NCBI GenBank assembly: GCA_039679545.1
Contig: JBDKUT010000163.1
Location: 26,502-90,501 of the forward strand
Direction of reading: 5' to 3'
From: Thermotogota bacterium
GTDB lineage: Bacteria; Bipolaricaulota; Bipolaricaulia; UBA7950; UBA9294
Length of the DNA: 64,000 nucleotides
The position numbers and the translations under genes are program-made. This document shows, piece after piece, positions 19,790 to 29,266 of the stretch. The number at the start of each line of letters is the position of its first letter. Positions within the stretch are counted from its first letter, which is position 1. The notes under the pieces are model-generated. The model was given only the letters and a program-made list of their open reading frames with translations. It did no database searches and had not been told where the DNA came from.

Positions 19790-21349
19790 ATGAGAACCCG
19801 TTTTGCTTGTTGCCTTGTGGCGTTGCTCGGCGTCTCGGCGGTCTCCGCGATCGCCTCCACCCCCGCCGACACCTTGGTGGTCGGGGTTGTGGAGGAAGTC
19901 ACGACGATGGATCCCGCTATCGACTACACGTTTGGAAGCGGACCGCTCTTCCGGGCCGCTTACGAAAGGCTCGTGACCTTCAACACGGCGTCCGGGAAGA
20001 TCGAGCCGCAGCTGGCTCTCTCCTGGGACGTGTCGGACGACGGCCAGTTCTACACGTTCCACCTCCGCAAGGGCGTGACGTTCCACGACGGCGCGGCGTT
20101 CAACGCAGCGGCCGTAAAGACGGCCTACGACCGCGTCATGACGATCAACGAGGGTCCGGCGTGGATGCTGACCTCGTACGTCGCGGCAATCGATGTCGTG
20201 GATGACGCGACCGTCCGATTCACAATGAAGACGTACCCATTCGTCCCATTCCTGCGCGTGCTCAGCTCCTATTGGGGCATGTGCATCGCCAGCCCCACCG
20301 CCATCACCCAGAACGCGGGCGACGACATGGGGAAGACGTTCTTCCGAAATCACATCGTCGGAACCGGCCCGTACAAGCTCGTCGAGTGGGTCGAGGGCCA
20401 GCAGATGGTGTTTGAGCGCTTTGACGGGTACTGGGGCGGCTGGACCGGCAACCACGTGAACCGCATCGTGCTGCGGAAGATCCTCGACACGACGACGATG
20501 GCCCTGCTCCTCGAGAGCGGCGACCTGGACATCGCGTACGGGATCCCGCTCGATGAGCTGACGAGCCTGAACGGCAAGCCCGGCGTCGTCATCGGCGTCC
20601 ACGACACGTTCACGACGAACATGATCGCGATGAACACGACGAAGGGCCCGCTCGCCGACGTTCGCGTGCGCCGAGCGCTCTCCTACTCGTTCGACTACGC
20701 GAGCGCGATGGAGGTCTTTGCCGGGTACACAACGCCCCTCATTGGCCAGATTCCGGCCGGCATGCCGGGTCACGACGACAGCCTGCCGCACTACGTCTTC
20801 GACCTCGACGTGGCGAAGCAGCTGCTCGCCGAAGCAGGGTACGCGAAGGGGCTTTCGCTCGAGTACACCTGGGTCACGGAAGAGCCGGAGGGACGCCGGG
20901 TCGGCGTTCTGTGGCAGGACACGCTACGGAAGATCGGCGTCGATTTGAAGGTCACCGAAGTCACGGTCGCCGGACACTGGGACCGAGTCTCGAACATCGA
21001 GACGATGCCGGATCTCGCCAACTACCGGTGGGGCATCGACTACCCAGACCCGTCGTCCGTCCTGGTGCCGCTCTACCACGGCGACAACGCGCCCCCGGCG
21101 GGCTACAACCTCTCGCGGCTCGCGGATCCGCGGGTCAACGCCATCCTCGACGCATCGGGGAAGGAACCCGATGAGACGAAGAGACTCCAACTCCTGGCGG
21201 AGGCCCAGTCGCTCCTGCTGACCGGTGCTTCCAACATCTGGATCACGGCGGTTCCGGTCACGGTCTGCATGCGCAGCAACGTGCAGGGCTACGTTTTTGA
21301 ACCGGCCGCGTTCTCATCGTTCAACTTCTACGACATCTACAAGAAGTAG
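19790..21349 (+). CDS. ABC transporter substrate-binding protein, family 5, copy 2
   Basis: Signal peptide; LALSWDVSDDGQFYTFHLRKGVTFHDG; clear paralog of the 12909 gene. Confidence 0.94.
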   Translation: MRTRFACCLVALLGVSAVSAIASTPADTLVVGVVEEVTTMDPAIDYTFGSGPLFRAAYERLVTFNTASGKIEPQLALSWDVSDDGQFYTFHLRKGVTFHDGAAFNAAAVKTAYDRVMTINEGPAWMLTSYVAAIDVVDDATVRFTMKTYPFVPFLRVLSSYWGMCIASPTAITQNAGDDMGKTFFRNHIVGTGPYKLVEWVEGQQMVFERFDGYWGGWTGNHVNRIVLRKILDTTTMALLLESGDLDIAYGIPLDELTSLNGKPGVVIGVHDTFTTNMIAMNTTKGPLADVRVRRALSYSFDYASAMEVFAGYTTPLIGQIPAGMPGHDDSLPHYVFDLDVAKQLLAEAGYAKGLSLEYTWVTEEPEGRRVGVLWQDTLRKIGVDLKVTEVTVAGHWDRVSNIETMPDLANYRWGIDYPDPSSVLVPLYHGDNAPPAGYNLSRLADPRVNAILDASGKEPDETKRLQLLAEAQSLLLTGASNIWITAVPVTVCMRSNVQGYVFEPAAFSSFNFYDIYKK

Positions 21350-21365
21350 GATTCGGCTCTCAGAT

Positions 21366-21400
21366 GGGGGAGTTCCTCCGATGAGGAGAGGGCTCCCCCC
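21366..21400 (+). terminator. Imperfect hairpin between SBP and permease
   Basis: GGGGGAGTTC...GGGCTCCCCC inverted repeat in the same position as the copy 1 hairpin. Confidence 0.5.
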
Positions 21401-21418
21401 TTGCTGGATCGGCAGGTC

Positions 21419-22423
21419 ATGGTTCGCTACATCGTGAAGCGGTTGGCGCTCTTGACCATCACGCTCCTGGGCGTGTTGACGCTGACCTTCTTTGTCTCGC
21501 ACGTCGTTCCCGGAGATCCGGCGCGCCTCGCGGCGGGCGTACGCGCCAGGCCCGAACAGGTCGAAGCACTCCGAACAAGGCTCGGCCTCGACCGCCCGCT
21601 GTGGCAGCAGTACGGCCACTACATCGCTGGCGTGGTTCGGGGGGACCTCGGAGAGTCGATCCGGACGCGCCGTCCGGTCTCCGCCGACCTGGCCGAGTAC
21701 TTCCCGGCCACGGTCGAACTCACCGCATTCGCCATGATCCTCTGTCTTCTCATCGGGATTCCACTCGGAATCGTCTCGGCCGTCAAGCGAGAGTCGGTCA
21801 TCGACCACGTCTCCCGCGTCGCGTCGACGGCGGCCGTGTCCATGCCCACGTTCTGGCTCGGCCTGCTCTTGCAGCTCCTCTTCTTCCGTTGGCTCCAGAT
21901 TCTCCCGGCGACGGGGCGCCTCGGCTTCTACCTCTCGCCGCCCGCCCACGCGACGGGGCTGTACGTGCTCGACAGCCTGTTCTCGGGGAACTGGACCGCG
22001 CTCGGAGACAGCCTCGTCCACCTCATTCTCCCAGCCACGGCGCTCGCGGCGAGTTCCATGGCCGTGATCACGCGCATGACGCGATCGAGCCTCCTCGAGA
22101 TCCTCTCCCTTGACTACGTCCGAACGGCTCGTTCGAAGGGACTGGCCGAGAAGGTCGTCATCCTCAAGCACGCACTTCGCAACGCGCTCTTGCCGAGTCT
22201 CACCGTCATCGGCCTGCAGGTTGGCGTGCTCCTGGCCGGAGCCGTGCTGATCGAAGTGGTCTTCAGCTGGCCCGGGATCGGGTTGTACGCCGTCCAATCC
22301 ATCACGTTCGTCGACTTCCAGGCAATCCTCGGCGTCACCCTGATCACGGCGATCGTCTACTCCGGGGTCAACCTGATCGTCGACGTCTTGTACGGGGTCA
22401 TCGACCCACGAATTCACTACTAG
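21419..22423 (+). CDS. ABC transporter permease, DppB-like, copy 2
   Basis: VPGDPA, DYVRTARSKGL, IEVVFSWPGIG, DPRIHY. Confidence 0.94.
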   Translation: MVRYIVKRLALLTITLLGVLTLTFFVSHVVPGDPARLAAGVRARPEQVEALRTRLGLDRPLWQQYGHYIAGVVRGDLGESIRTRRPVSADLAEYFPATVELTAFAMILCLLIGIPLGIVSAVKRESVIDHVSRVASTAAVSMPTFWLGLLLQLLFFRWLQILPATGRLGFYLSPPAHATGLYVLDSLFSGNWTALGDSLVHLILPATALAASSMAVITRMTRSSLLEILSLDYVRTARSKGLAEKVVILKHALRNALLPSLTVIGLQVGVLLAGAVLIEVVFSWPGIGLYAVQSITFVDFQAILGVTLITAIVYSGVNLIVDVLYGVIDPRIHY

Positions 22424-22435
22424 GAGAACGGGGAC

Positions 22436-23287
22436 ATGAAGGCATTCTGGGAGAAGCTCGGACGATGGATCGCGGTGAGGCCGCTCGCCGCCGCCGGAGC
22501 GGCGACCCTGCTCGCCATCCTGCTTCTCGCGCTCCTCGCACCGGTGCTCCCGCTTCAGGACCCTCAGTCCGTGAACATGCACGACAAGCTCCTTCCGCCG
22601 TCGGCGGCGCACCCGATGGGGACCGACGACCTCGGCCGCGACATCCTCAGTCGCGTCGTGAACGGTGCGCGGACCTCGCTCTTGGTGAGCGTTGTGGTCG
22701 TCGCCTGTGCCTCCGTGTTCGGCATGGGCGTCGGCCTGACGGCGGGCTACTTCGGTGGAATGGCGGACGAACTCATGATGCGGACGACGGACATCTTTCT
22801 CGCGTTCCCCGGACTCATCCTCGCCATGGCCGTCGCCGTCGTCCTCGGCCCCGGCGTCGTTCCGACGATCGTCGCTCTGTCCATCGTCTGGTGGCCGTGG
22901 TACGCCCGGCTGGCTCGATCGGAGGCGCTGATGCACAAGCAGGCGGACTTCGTGGAGGCGGCCCGAGCAACGGGCGTCCCGACGTGGAGGATCCTCCGTT
23001 CCCACATCCTTCCGAACTCGCTGTCGCCGCTCATCGTTCAGGCGACGCTCGACATGGGGTACGCGATCCTGACGACGGCGTCGCTGAGCTTTATCGGATT
23101 GGGCGTGCAGGAGCCGACCGCGGAATGGGGCGCCATGCTCAACATCGGCCGAAAGTACCTTCTCTCCGCATGGTGGTTCATCACGTTCCCGGGTCTCGCC
23201 ATCTTCATCACGGTTCTGGCGATCAACCTCGCCGGAGACGGCCTTCGAGACTACCTCGACCCGAGAACGAGGAAACGGGGCGCCTGA
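22436..23287 (+). CDS. ABC transporter permease, DppC-like, copy 2
   Basis: HPMGTDDLGRDILSR, FVEAARATG, HILPN. Confidence 0.94.
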   Translation: MKAFWEKLGRWIAVRPLAAAGAATLLAILLLALLAPVLPLQDPQSVNMHDKLLPPSAAHPMGTDDLGRDILSRVVNGARTSLLVSVVVVACASVFGMGVGLTAGYFGGMADELMMRTTDIFLAFPGLILAMAVAVVLGPGVVPTIVALSIVWWPWYARLARSEALMHKQADFVEAARATGVPTWRILRSHILPNSLSPLIVQATLDMGYAILTTASLSFIGLGVQEPTAEWGAMLNIGRKYLLSAWWFITFPGLAIFITVLAINLAGDGLRDYLDPRTRKRGA

Positions 23288-23332
23288 CCCGCTTCGGGGC
23301 GGGCGCCCCACGTTAAAACAAAGGAGTACGAC

Positions 23333-24787
23333 ATGATGGACGGTTACCTGGCGCAACGTAAGAGGATGCAGATCTCGCAGGTCGAGATCGATCGGCGCAT
23401 CGCGGAAGCCCCATTCGGACCTGCCTCGAAGGAGTGGGCGAGCCGCTGGCTCTCCGCCGAATCGTGGGGGCAGGTCGGCCTCGCGCTGTTCGACCTTCCG
23501 CCGATCGTCGAACGCGCGGAGAACGACCTCTTGATCGACGCCGACGGCAAAGAGTACGTTGACCTCTTGGCGGGATTCTCGGTTTCCTCGCTCGGGCAGT
23601 GCAACGAGGAGATCGCCCAGGTCATCCGCAACCAGGTCGGGAAGCTCGTCCACTACTTCGATCTACCCCACCCCGAGCGGATCAAGCTCGCCGAGCGCCT
23701 GAAGGAGATCTCGCCGATCGCCGGGAGTGACTCGCGCGTCTTATTCGGCGTCACCGGAGCGGACGCCATCGAGTTGTCGGTTCGCGCGGCGCGGTTCTAC
23801 ACCGGGCGACCTCTCATCCTGACCGCCTTCGGCGACTACCACGGCGTCACGTACAGCACGATGGCCCTGACGGGCAAGGGCGGCATGTGGGCGTACTTCT
23901 ACCCGGTGCTTCCGCACTGCGAAGGCATCGGGTACTTCCCGTTCCCGTATCCATACCAGTCGCCGTTTGGACGCCCGCCGGCCGGCGAAGACGACCAGGC
24001 CTGGTGCCTCGACCGACTGCGCGACTACTTCGAGTACTACTTCAAGAGCAAAGAATCCCCCTACCGTGAAGTGAAGAGCGGAATCACCAACGTCGCCGCG
24101 TTCGTCGTCGAGCCATTTCAGAGTTCCGCCGGGTACATTCTCCCCTCCGCCGGCTACCTGAAACTCCTGCGGCGCTTGGCAGACGAGTACGGAATCCTCC
24201 TGATCATCGACGAGATCCAGACAGGACTCGGGCGCACCGGGAAGCTCTGGGCCACCGACTGGGAGGACGTAAAACCTGACATGCTCGTCACGTCGAAGGC
24301 TCTCGGAGGTGGCCTGCCGCTCTCGGCCGTCGTGGCGCGCGCCGAGATCCTCGAGGCGTGGGGACCCGGAGCCCACGTCTCAACGCAGGCGGGCAATGTC
24401 CTCGCTTGTGCTGCCGGGAACAAGGCCCTCGATCTCCTCACAGCGGACGGCTTCCTCGACAAGGTCCGAGCCCACGGTGCGTACTTCGAGGCCGAACTCG
24501 CGACGCTCGCGAAGAAGCATCCTCTGATTGGCCACATCAATGCCCGCGGCATGTACATCGGACTCGAGCTCGTCCGAAACCGAGACACGCGAGAACCCGC
24601 GCCGGATGAAGCCAGCTTCATTCTCAAGGAGTGCGTCCGCGAGGGGATGGTGTTCGAGAAGGGCGGGTACTTCCACAACCGATTCCAGCTCATCCCGCCG
24701 CTCACGATTCGTCGATCGACCATCGACCGGGCCCTCGGGATCTTCGACCGTGCGTTCGCGGCGGCAGAAAGGAAGTTCGGCCGCTGA
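23333..24787 (+). CDS. Class III PLP-dependent aminotransferase
   Basis: DADGKEYVD, DYHG, VEPFQ, IIDEIQTGLGRTG, SKALGGG (PLP lysine). Confidence 0.93.
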   Translation: MMDGYLAQRKRMQISQVEIDRRIAEAPFGPASKEWASRWLSAESWGQVGLALFDLPPIVERAENDLLIDADGKEYVDLLAGFSVSSLGQCNEEIAQVIRNQVGKLVHYFDLPHPERIKLAERLKEISPIAGSDSRVLFGVTGADAIELSVRAARFYTGRPLILTAFGDYHGVTYSTMALTGKGGMWAYFYPVLPHCEGIGYFPFPYPYQSPFGRPPAGEDDQAWCLDRLRDYFEYYFKSKESPYREVKSGITNVAAFVVEPFQSSAGYILPSAGYLKLLRRLADEYGILLIIDEIQTGLGRTGKLWATDWEDVKPDMLVTSKALGGGLPLSAVVARAEILEAWGPGAHVSTQAGNVLACAAGNKALDLLTADGFLDKVRAHGAYFEAELATLAKKHPLIGHINARGMYIGLELVRNRDTREPAPDEASFILKECVREGMVFEKGGYFHNRFQLIPPLTIRRSTIDRALGIFDRAFAAAERKFGR

Positions 24788-24799
24788 GGCGGGCCAGTC

Positions 24800-25750
24800 A
24801 TGAGCCAACCAGCCAGAGTGTCCGTGCTCGGGTCGATCAATGCTGACCTCGTTGCGCGTGTGGTTTCGCTGCCGCGGCCGGGAGAGACGGTCCTGAGCAG
24901 CTCGTTGTCGCACTATTCGGGAGGCAAGGGGGCGAACCAGGCGGTCGCCGCTGCGCGGATGTCGGCCCGCGTCACGTTCTACGGGAAGACGGGGGCCGAC
25001 TCCGCGGGAGACCAACTTCTCGCCGGGCTCCGCACCGAGGGGATCGGCACAAAGCAGATCCAACGGATGAACGGGGTCGAGACGGGGATGGCACTCATTC
25101 TCGTCAGCGACGCAGGCGAGAACACGATCGTCGTCGTTGCGGGTGCCAACGATCACGTCGACGCGGAATACGTCGACGCGGTCATCACCGACGTCGGCTT
25201 TGCCGACACGCTTCTGCTTCAGTTCGAGGTTCCGCCCGAGGCGATCCGCCGTCTGCTCGATCGCCTCCCGCCGAATCGCCCAAAGGTGATCGTCGATCCC
25301 GCTCCCGCGCGGGACGTTACCGACCTTCCGCTCGCCCGGATCGACGTCATGACCCCGAACCGAACTGAGTTGGCTGCGCTGACGGGCGTAGACGACATCG
25401 AGACCGGCGGTCGACGCCTGCTCGATCGAGGCGTCAAGTGCGTCATCTGTACGTGCGGATCAGACGGCAGCTACCTCATCGAGAACAGGGGAACGACCCA
25501 CTTTCCAGCGTTCCCGGTGCACGCCGTCGACACGACGGCGGCGGGCGACGCGTTCGCGGGCGCCTTGGCCGTCTTCCTCTCCAGCGGGGACTCGATCGCT
25601 GTCGCAATCCGCGCAGCAAACGCCGCGGCGGCGCTTTCGACCACACGCCCTGGCGCTCAACCGTCGTTGCCAACGCGGCGGGAGGTGGACCAATTCCTAC
25701 AGGCCCACCCCGGCCACGGCATCCCCTCGTTTGCTCCGTTTCGCGGCTGA
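24800..25750 (+). CDS. rbsK: Ribokinase (PfkB family)
   Basis: [42 protein letters not shown]. Confidence 0.88.
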   Translation: MSQPARVSVLGSINADLVARVVSLPRPGETVLSSSLSHYSGGKGANQAVAAARMSARVTFYGKTGADSAGDQLLAGLRTEGIGTKQIQRMNGVETGMALILVSDAGENTIVVVAGANDHVDAEYVDAVITDVGFADTLLLQFEVPPEAIRRLLDRLPPNRPKVIVDPAPARDVTDLPLARIDVMTPNRTELAALTGVDDIETGGRRLLDRGVKCVICTCGSDGSYLIENRGTTHFPAFPVHAVDTTAAGDAFAGALAVFLSSGDSIAVAIRAANAAAALSTTRPGAQPSLPTRREVDQFLQAHPGHGIPSFAPFRG

Positions 25751-25764
25751 TGCGGCGAGGGCGC

Positions 25765-26376
25765 TCAGTTTCCTGAAGCGGTGATCGATGGTTCGATGAG
25801 TTCTTGCATGCCGCCGCATCCTCCCTGGCTGATCGGAGTCGAGCAAAGGCTACGATAGCACGAGCCTTCGGTCGTCAGGCCGTAAGCGGCCGGGTCGATG
25901 CCCCGCGCCACCATCTCCGCGGCAACATAGTAGTCCCAGCGAGCGAAGTGGAACCACTGGAGAACGCTTTCACGGACCTGGTCAATCGTGAAGTTGAGGT
26001 CGAGGAGGAGGTGTGCGGCAAGCCCCTTGCCGCTTCGGATGATATTGCACGCCTGGCCCTCTTCCGTCTCGCAGCAGCAATGGAACGTCATATTGTCGTC
26101 ACAGCACGGAGCGACAAGCGCCGACAGCGCCTCGACGTATCGCGGGTCCGTTTCCGCGGCCGGAACCAGCGAGTACCACCAGCCGATGAAAAGCGGGAGG
26201 GACTCCCGGGACAGCGGAATCCCGTACTCCGTGGCAGTTCCGAGTGCCGGAACGATCTCCGACTTGATCGCCTCAACAAGATCTCCATCCGCCAGCACCG
26301 CGATTCCTGCGGCGCTCACCAAGAGCAGGCCGACCGCCGTCACACGCCAGCAACGCATTGCCTTCTCGCTTCTCAT
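25765..26376 (-). CDS. Hypothetical secreted Cys-rich protein (start could be 26358)
   Basis: Signal-peptide-like N-terminus; PCCD, HCCCE, ACN, SCYRSLC, GGCGGM. Confidence 0.7.
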   Translation of the reverse strand: MRSEKAMRCWRVTAVGLLLVSAAGIAVLADGDLVEAIKSEIVPALGTATEYGIPLSRESLPLFIGWWYSLVPAAETDPRYVEALSALVAPCCDDNMTFHCCCETEEGQACNIIRSGKGLAAHLLLDLNFTIDQVRESVLQWFHFARWDYYVAAEMVARGIDPAAYGLTTEGSCYRSLCSTPISQGGCGGMQELIEPSITASGN

Positions 26377-26508
26377 CCTCAAGATCCGTCTCCATCTATA
26401 TTGGACCATGATATCCATATTCGTGGAGGCGACGTGTCGAGAATGTGGACTCTATCTGAAGAGAATCACCGTGCCTTGTGAAACGGGATCAGCCGACTCC
26501 CGTCAGGG

Positions 26509-27267
26509 TCAGGAAGCGGGCGGATGGAGCACAGCTTCCGACTGCGCCGAGAGCCAGCCGCAGAACCGATCCAGGCGCTCCGCGGCCTCGGAGAGGATCG
26601 TCCTCCCCTTCTCCTCGTCGGCCAGCGATGGGTCTCCGACGTTGCCGAGGTCAGAGAACTCAGCGGCGTCAAACGCGACTTGCACCCCTTCGACGAACCT
26701 TCCCCACGGCGCGCAAGCGCCGCGATCGGCGCTCGCATCGCCCATACGCTCCGTGCGGACGGATTCGGGGTCGATGACAAGCATCGCGCTCGTCTCGACC
26801 GCACCTCCGTGCGCGTCGGTCTTCGGGAAGAGCACGGCAAGCGTCTCTGGGACGGCCAGCCACCAGTTGAACGTGAACGCGTAGACGGACTCCTCGCGCA
26901 GACGGAGGACGGCCTCGGCCAGGGGTGCTGCATTCGAGCCGTGGCCGTTCACGAAGACCAGCCGGCGAATCCCGTGTGCACCGAGCGACCGGCCGCAGGA
27001 GATCGCGAGGTCGCGAAGTTGGTCCGGAGACACGGAGAGGGTGCCGGGGAACTGCCGGTGTTCGTGGGAGACGCCCACAGTCAGAGCCGGAAGAAGGAGG
27101 CGATCGCCTCGGCCCGCCACAGCGCGCCCGAGGTACGAGGCAATTGCGGCATCGGTACCGAGCGGCAGGGCGGGGCCGTGCTGTTCAACGGCGCCGACCG
27201 GAAGGAGAGCCACGCAATCAGCGGGAAGATCAGCGATCTCCTCCCACGTCATCCTGACGAGTTCCAT
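26509..27267 (-). CDS. Creatininase / creatinine amidohydrolase family protein
   Basis: MTWEE, PVGAVEQHGPALPLGTD, VNGHGSN, DAHGGAVETS. Confidence 0.93.
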   Translation of the reverse strand: MELVRMTWEEIADLPADCVALLPVGAVEQHGPALPLGTDAAIASYLGRAVAGRGDRLLLPALTVGVSHEHRQFPGTLSVSPDQLRDLAISCGRSLGAHGIRRLVFVNGHGSNAAPLAEAVLRLREESVYAFTFNWWLAVPETLAVLFPKTDAHGGAVETSAMLVIDPESVRTERMGDASADRGACAPWGRFVEGVQVAFDAAEFSDLGNVGDPSLADEEKGRTILSEAAERLDRFCGWLSAQSEAVLHPPAS

Positions 27268-27412
27268 TGGATTCCTCCTGAGCAGCCGTCGGCCATGATA
27301 GCTTTCCCACGACCGCGTGGAAAGCGGTGCCACGGTCCGTGACCGCGGGTTCGCAACCCGGTAGTATCGACCGGTTCGTTGCCGCGCAGAGTCATCGAGT
27401 GAGGGGGCTGGG

Positions 27413-28285
27413 ATGTCGACGTGGGCGATTCCCCTGGCCGTGGGTGCCGCCGCGGCGTGGGCGTTGGGGATGACGACGGCGAAGCCGGCCCTGCGGTCGT
27501 GGGACGGGCTGTCGTACCTTCTTGGACGCTGGGTTCTGGTTGCGCTGCTCGCACTCCTCTACGCCGGGATCAGCGGACGACTCGCATTCCCGGGGTGGAA
27601 ACCCGCGGCCATGGCATCTCTCGCCGGCATTCTCGACGCCGCCGCCGGCGGGATCCTCTATGTCACGGCCCTCGAGCGAACGTCGGCGTACCGGGCGACG
27701 ACCCTCTCCAACACAGCGCCCTTCTGGGGTGTCCTTGCCTCCGTCTTGTTCCTTGGCGAGCCGCTGCGGTGGGGCGTCGTCGTGGCAGCGGGGTTGGTGG
27801 TTATCGGCGCGTGGTTCCTGACGGAGCGGGACATCGTGAGCGGGAGGCCGTCGGATCCGTTCGGAACCTTCCTGGCCCTCTCGGCGGGGATCCTCTGGGG
27901 ATTCGCCGAAACCGTCCCGTCGAAGCTCGCCCTGGAAGGAGGCCTTTCCCCGTCGGCGCTGCTCTTCGTCTTCGCCGTCGCCGGCGTCCTCGGCCTGCTC
28001 GCGCTCATGCCGCTCCTGCGGCGTCGTGTCCCACGCCGGGCTGATCGCCGCGGGCTCCGCTTCGTACTGCTTTCCGCCGTCGGCGGCGCGTTCCTCGGAT
28101 GGATTCTCTGGCTCGTCGCTCTCACCCAGGCGCCGGCCAGCGTCCTCTCCCCGGTGCGCGGCGCGACGATGATCTTCGCGTTCGCGTACTCCGTTGTGTT
28201 CCTGCGCGAGCGGCCGACACGCCGAGCGATGGCCGGGCTCGCGTTCGCCGTGGCCGGCGTGTTCCTCGTCGTGTTCGCCGTCTAG
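27413..28285 (+). CDS. DMT/EamA family transporter
   Basis: About 10 TM helices in two repeats with FLGEP and FLRERP motifs. Confidence 0.88.
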   Translation: MSTWAIPLAVGAAAAWALGMTTAKPALRSWDGLSYLLGRWVLVALLALLYAGISGRLAFPGWKPAAMASLAGILDAAAGGILYVTALERTSAYRATTLSNTAPFWGVLASVLFLGEPLRWGVVVAAGLVVIGAWFLTERDIVSGRPSDPFGTFLALSAGILWGFAETVPSKLALEGGLSPSALLFVFAVAGVLGLLALMPLLRRRVPRRADRRGLRFVLLSAVGGAFLGWILWLVALTQAPASVLSPVRGATMIFAFAYSVVFLRERPTRRAMAGLAFAVAGVFLVVFAV

Positions 28286-28851
28286 GACGAGCGGCCCGCG
28301 GCGATCTGCCGCCCCAGCAAGAACGCCTCCTCGAGCCGCTCGGGAGTCTCGAGGATCGGGATGTCGCGGTCGGCCTCAGGATCGTAGGTCTGGCAGACGA
28401 TCGAATGGCATCGACTCCCAAAGGCACGGGTGATCCGGTTCAGCCACTCGACCATCGACCCGTAGTAGTGGCGGTACCCGATGAGGAGAACGAAATCCTT
28501 CCCTCCGAAGTATGTCGGAGACACGACCGACTCCAGCCGGTCGAAGAGCGTCTTCAGCTGCGACGTCATGTACCCCCAGAACATCGGCGTAGCGACGACG
28601 ACGACGTTGGCCTCCCGCAACGCGGGATACACGGCCTGCATGTCGTCCTGCACGATGCACCCCGCCGTACCGCCGTCGCCGCCGCACGCCATGCATGCGG
28701 CTCCCCGGCAATGAGCGATGTTCATGTCAATCGCATGGAAGTGGCAGACCTCGTGGCAACCTTCTTCGGCCATCCCCGCCAGAAAGCGTTCGGCCAGAGT
28801 GTCCGTATCCCCACCCTTGCGGGCGCTGCCATACAGAACCAGAACCTTCAC
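28282..28851 (-). CDS. Iron-sulfur flavoprotein / flavodoxin-like FMN reductase
   Basis: GSARKGGDT, Cys cluster CRGAACMAC...C, DDM, TPMFWG, LKTLFDR. Confidence 0.88.
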   Translation of the reverse strand: MKVLVLYGSARKGGDTDTLAERFLAGMAEEGCHEVCHFHAIDMNIAHCRGAACMACGGDGGTAGCIVQDDMQAVYPALREANVVVVATPMFWGYMTSQLKTLFDRLESVVSPTYFGGKDFVLLIGYRHYYGSMVEWLNRITRAFGSRCHSIVCQTYDPEADRDIPILETPERLEEAFLLGRQIAAGRSS

Positions 28852-29006
28852 GCGTCCTCCTTCTCGACGGCGCCTCTGCCCAAAGTGGCGGCTTGACGTC
28901 TCGACAGCGTCCCTCCGCCCCGCGGCCCTGGTGCCGCTTGGCGATCCTTCGAGAGCGCGATATCGTACGCGATGGGAGCATACGGGAGTCCAACAAGGAG
29001 GGGCAC

Positions 29007-29258
29007 ATGCATGGGTTCCTGTCGTTTCGGAAGTTCTTCACGCCCGAGCTGATCCACGTTCTTTTCTGGATCGGCATCGGGGTTTGCGTCCTCAGGGGGA
29101 TCACAATGATGGCGACGGCCAGCGTCTACCACCAGGCGATGGGAATCGTGGACGGCCTCATCATCCTCTTCGTCGGCCCCGTCATCGTCCGCGTCGTCTG
29201 CGAGATCCTGATGGCTGTGTTTCAGATGCACGAGTCGATCACCCGAGACCGCGTGTAG
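29007..29258 (+). CDS. Small membrane protein, DUF4282-like
   Basis: FLSFRKFFTPELI..LFWIG, RVVCE; SD AAGGAGG. Confidence 0.75.
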   Translation: MHGFLSFRKFFTPELIHVLFWIGIGVCVLRGITMMATASVYHQAMGIVDGLIILFVGPVIVRVVCEILMAVFQMHESITRDRV

Positions 29259-29266
29259 GAGAGCCG

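Noticed and set aside
21314..23653. 779-aa minus-strand ORF (likewise 41172-43088, 55585-57549, 59150-60730)
   Set aside because: Antisense to well-supported genes.
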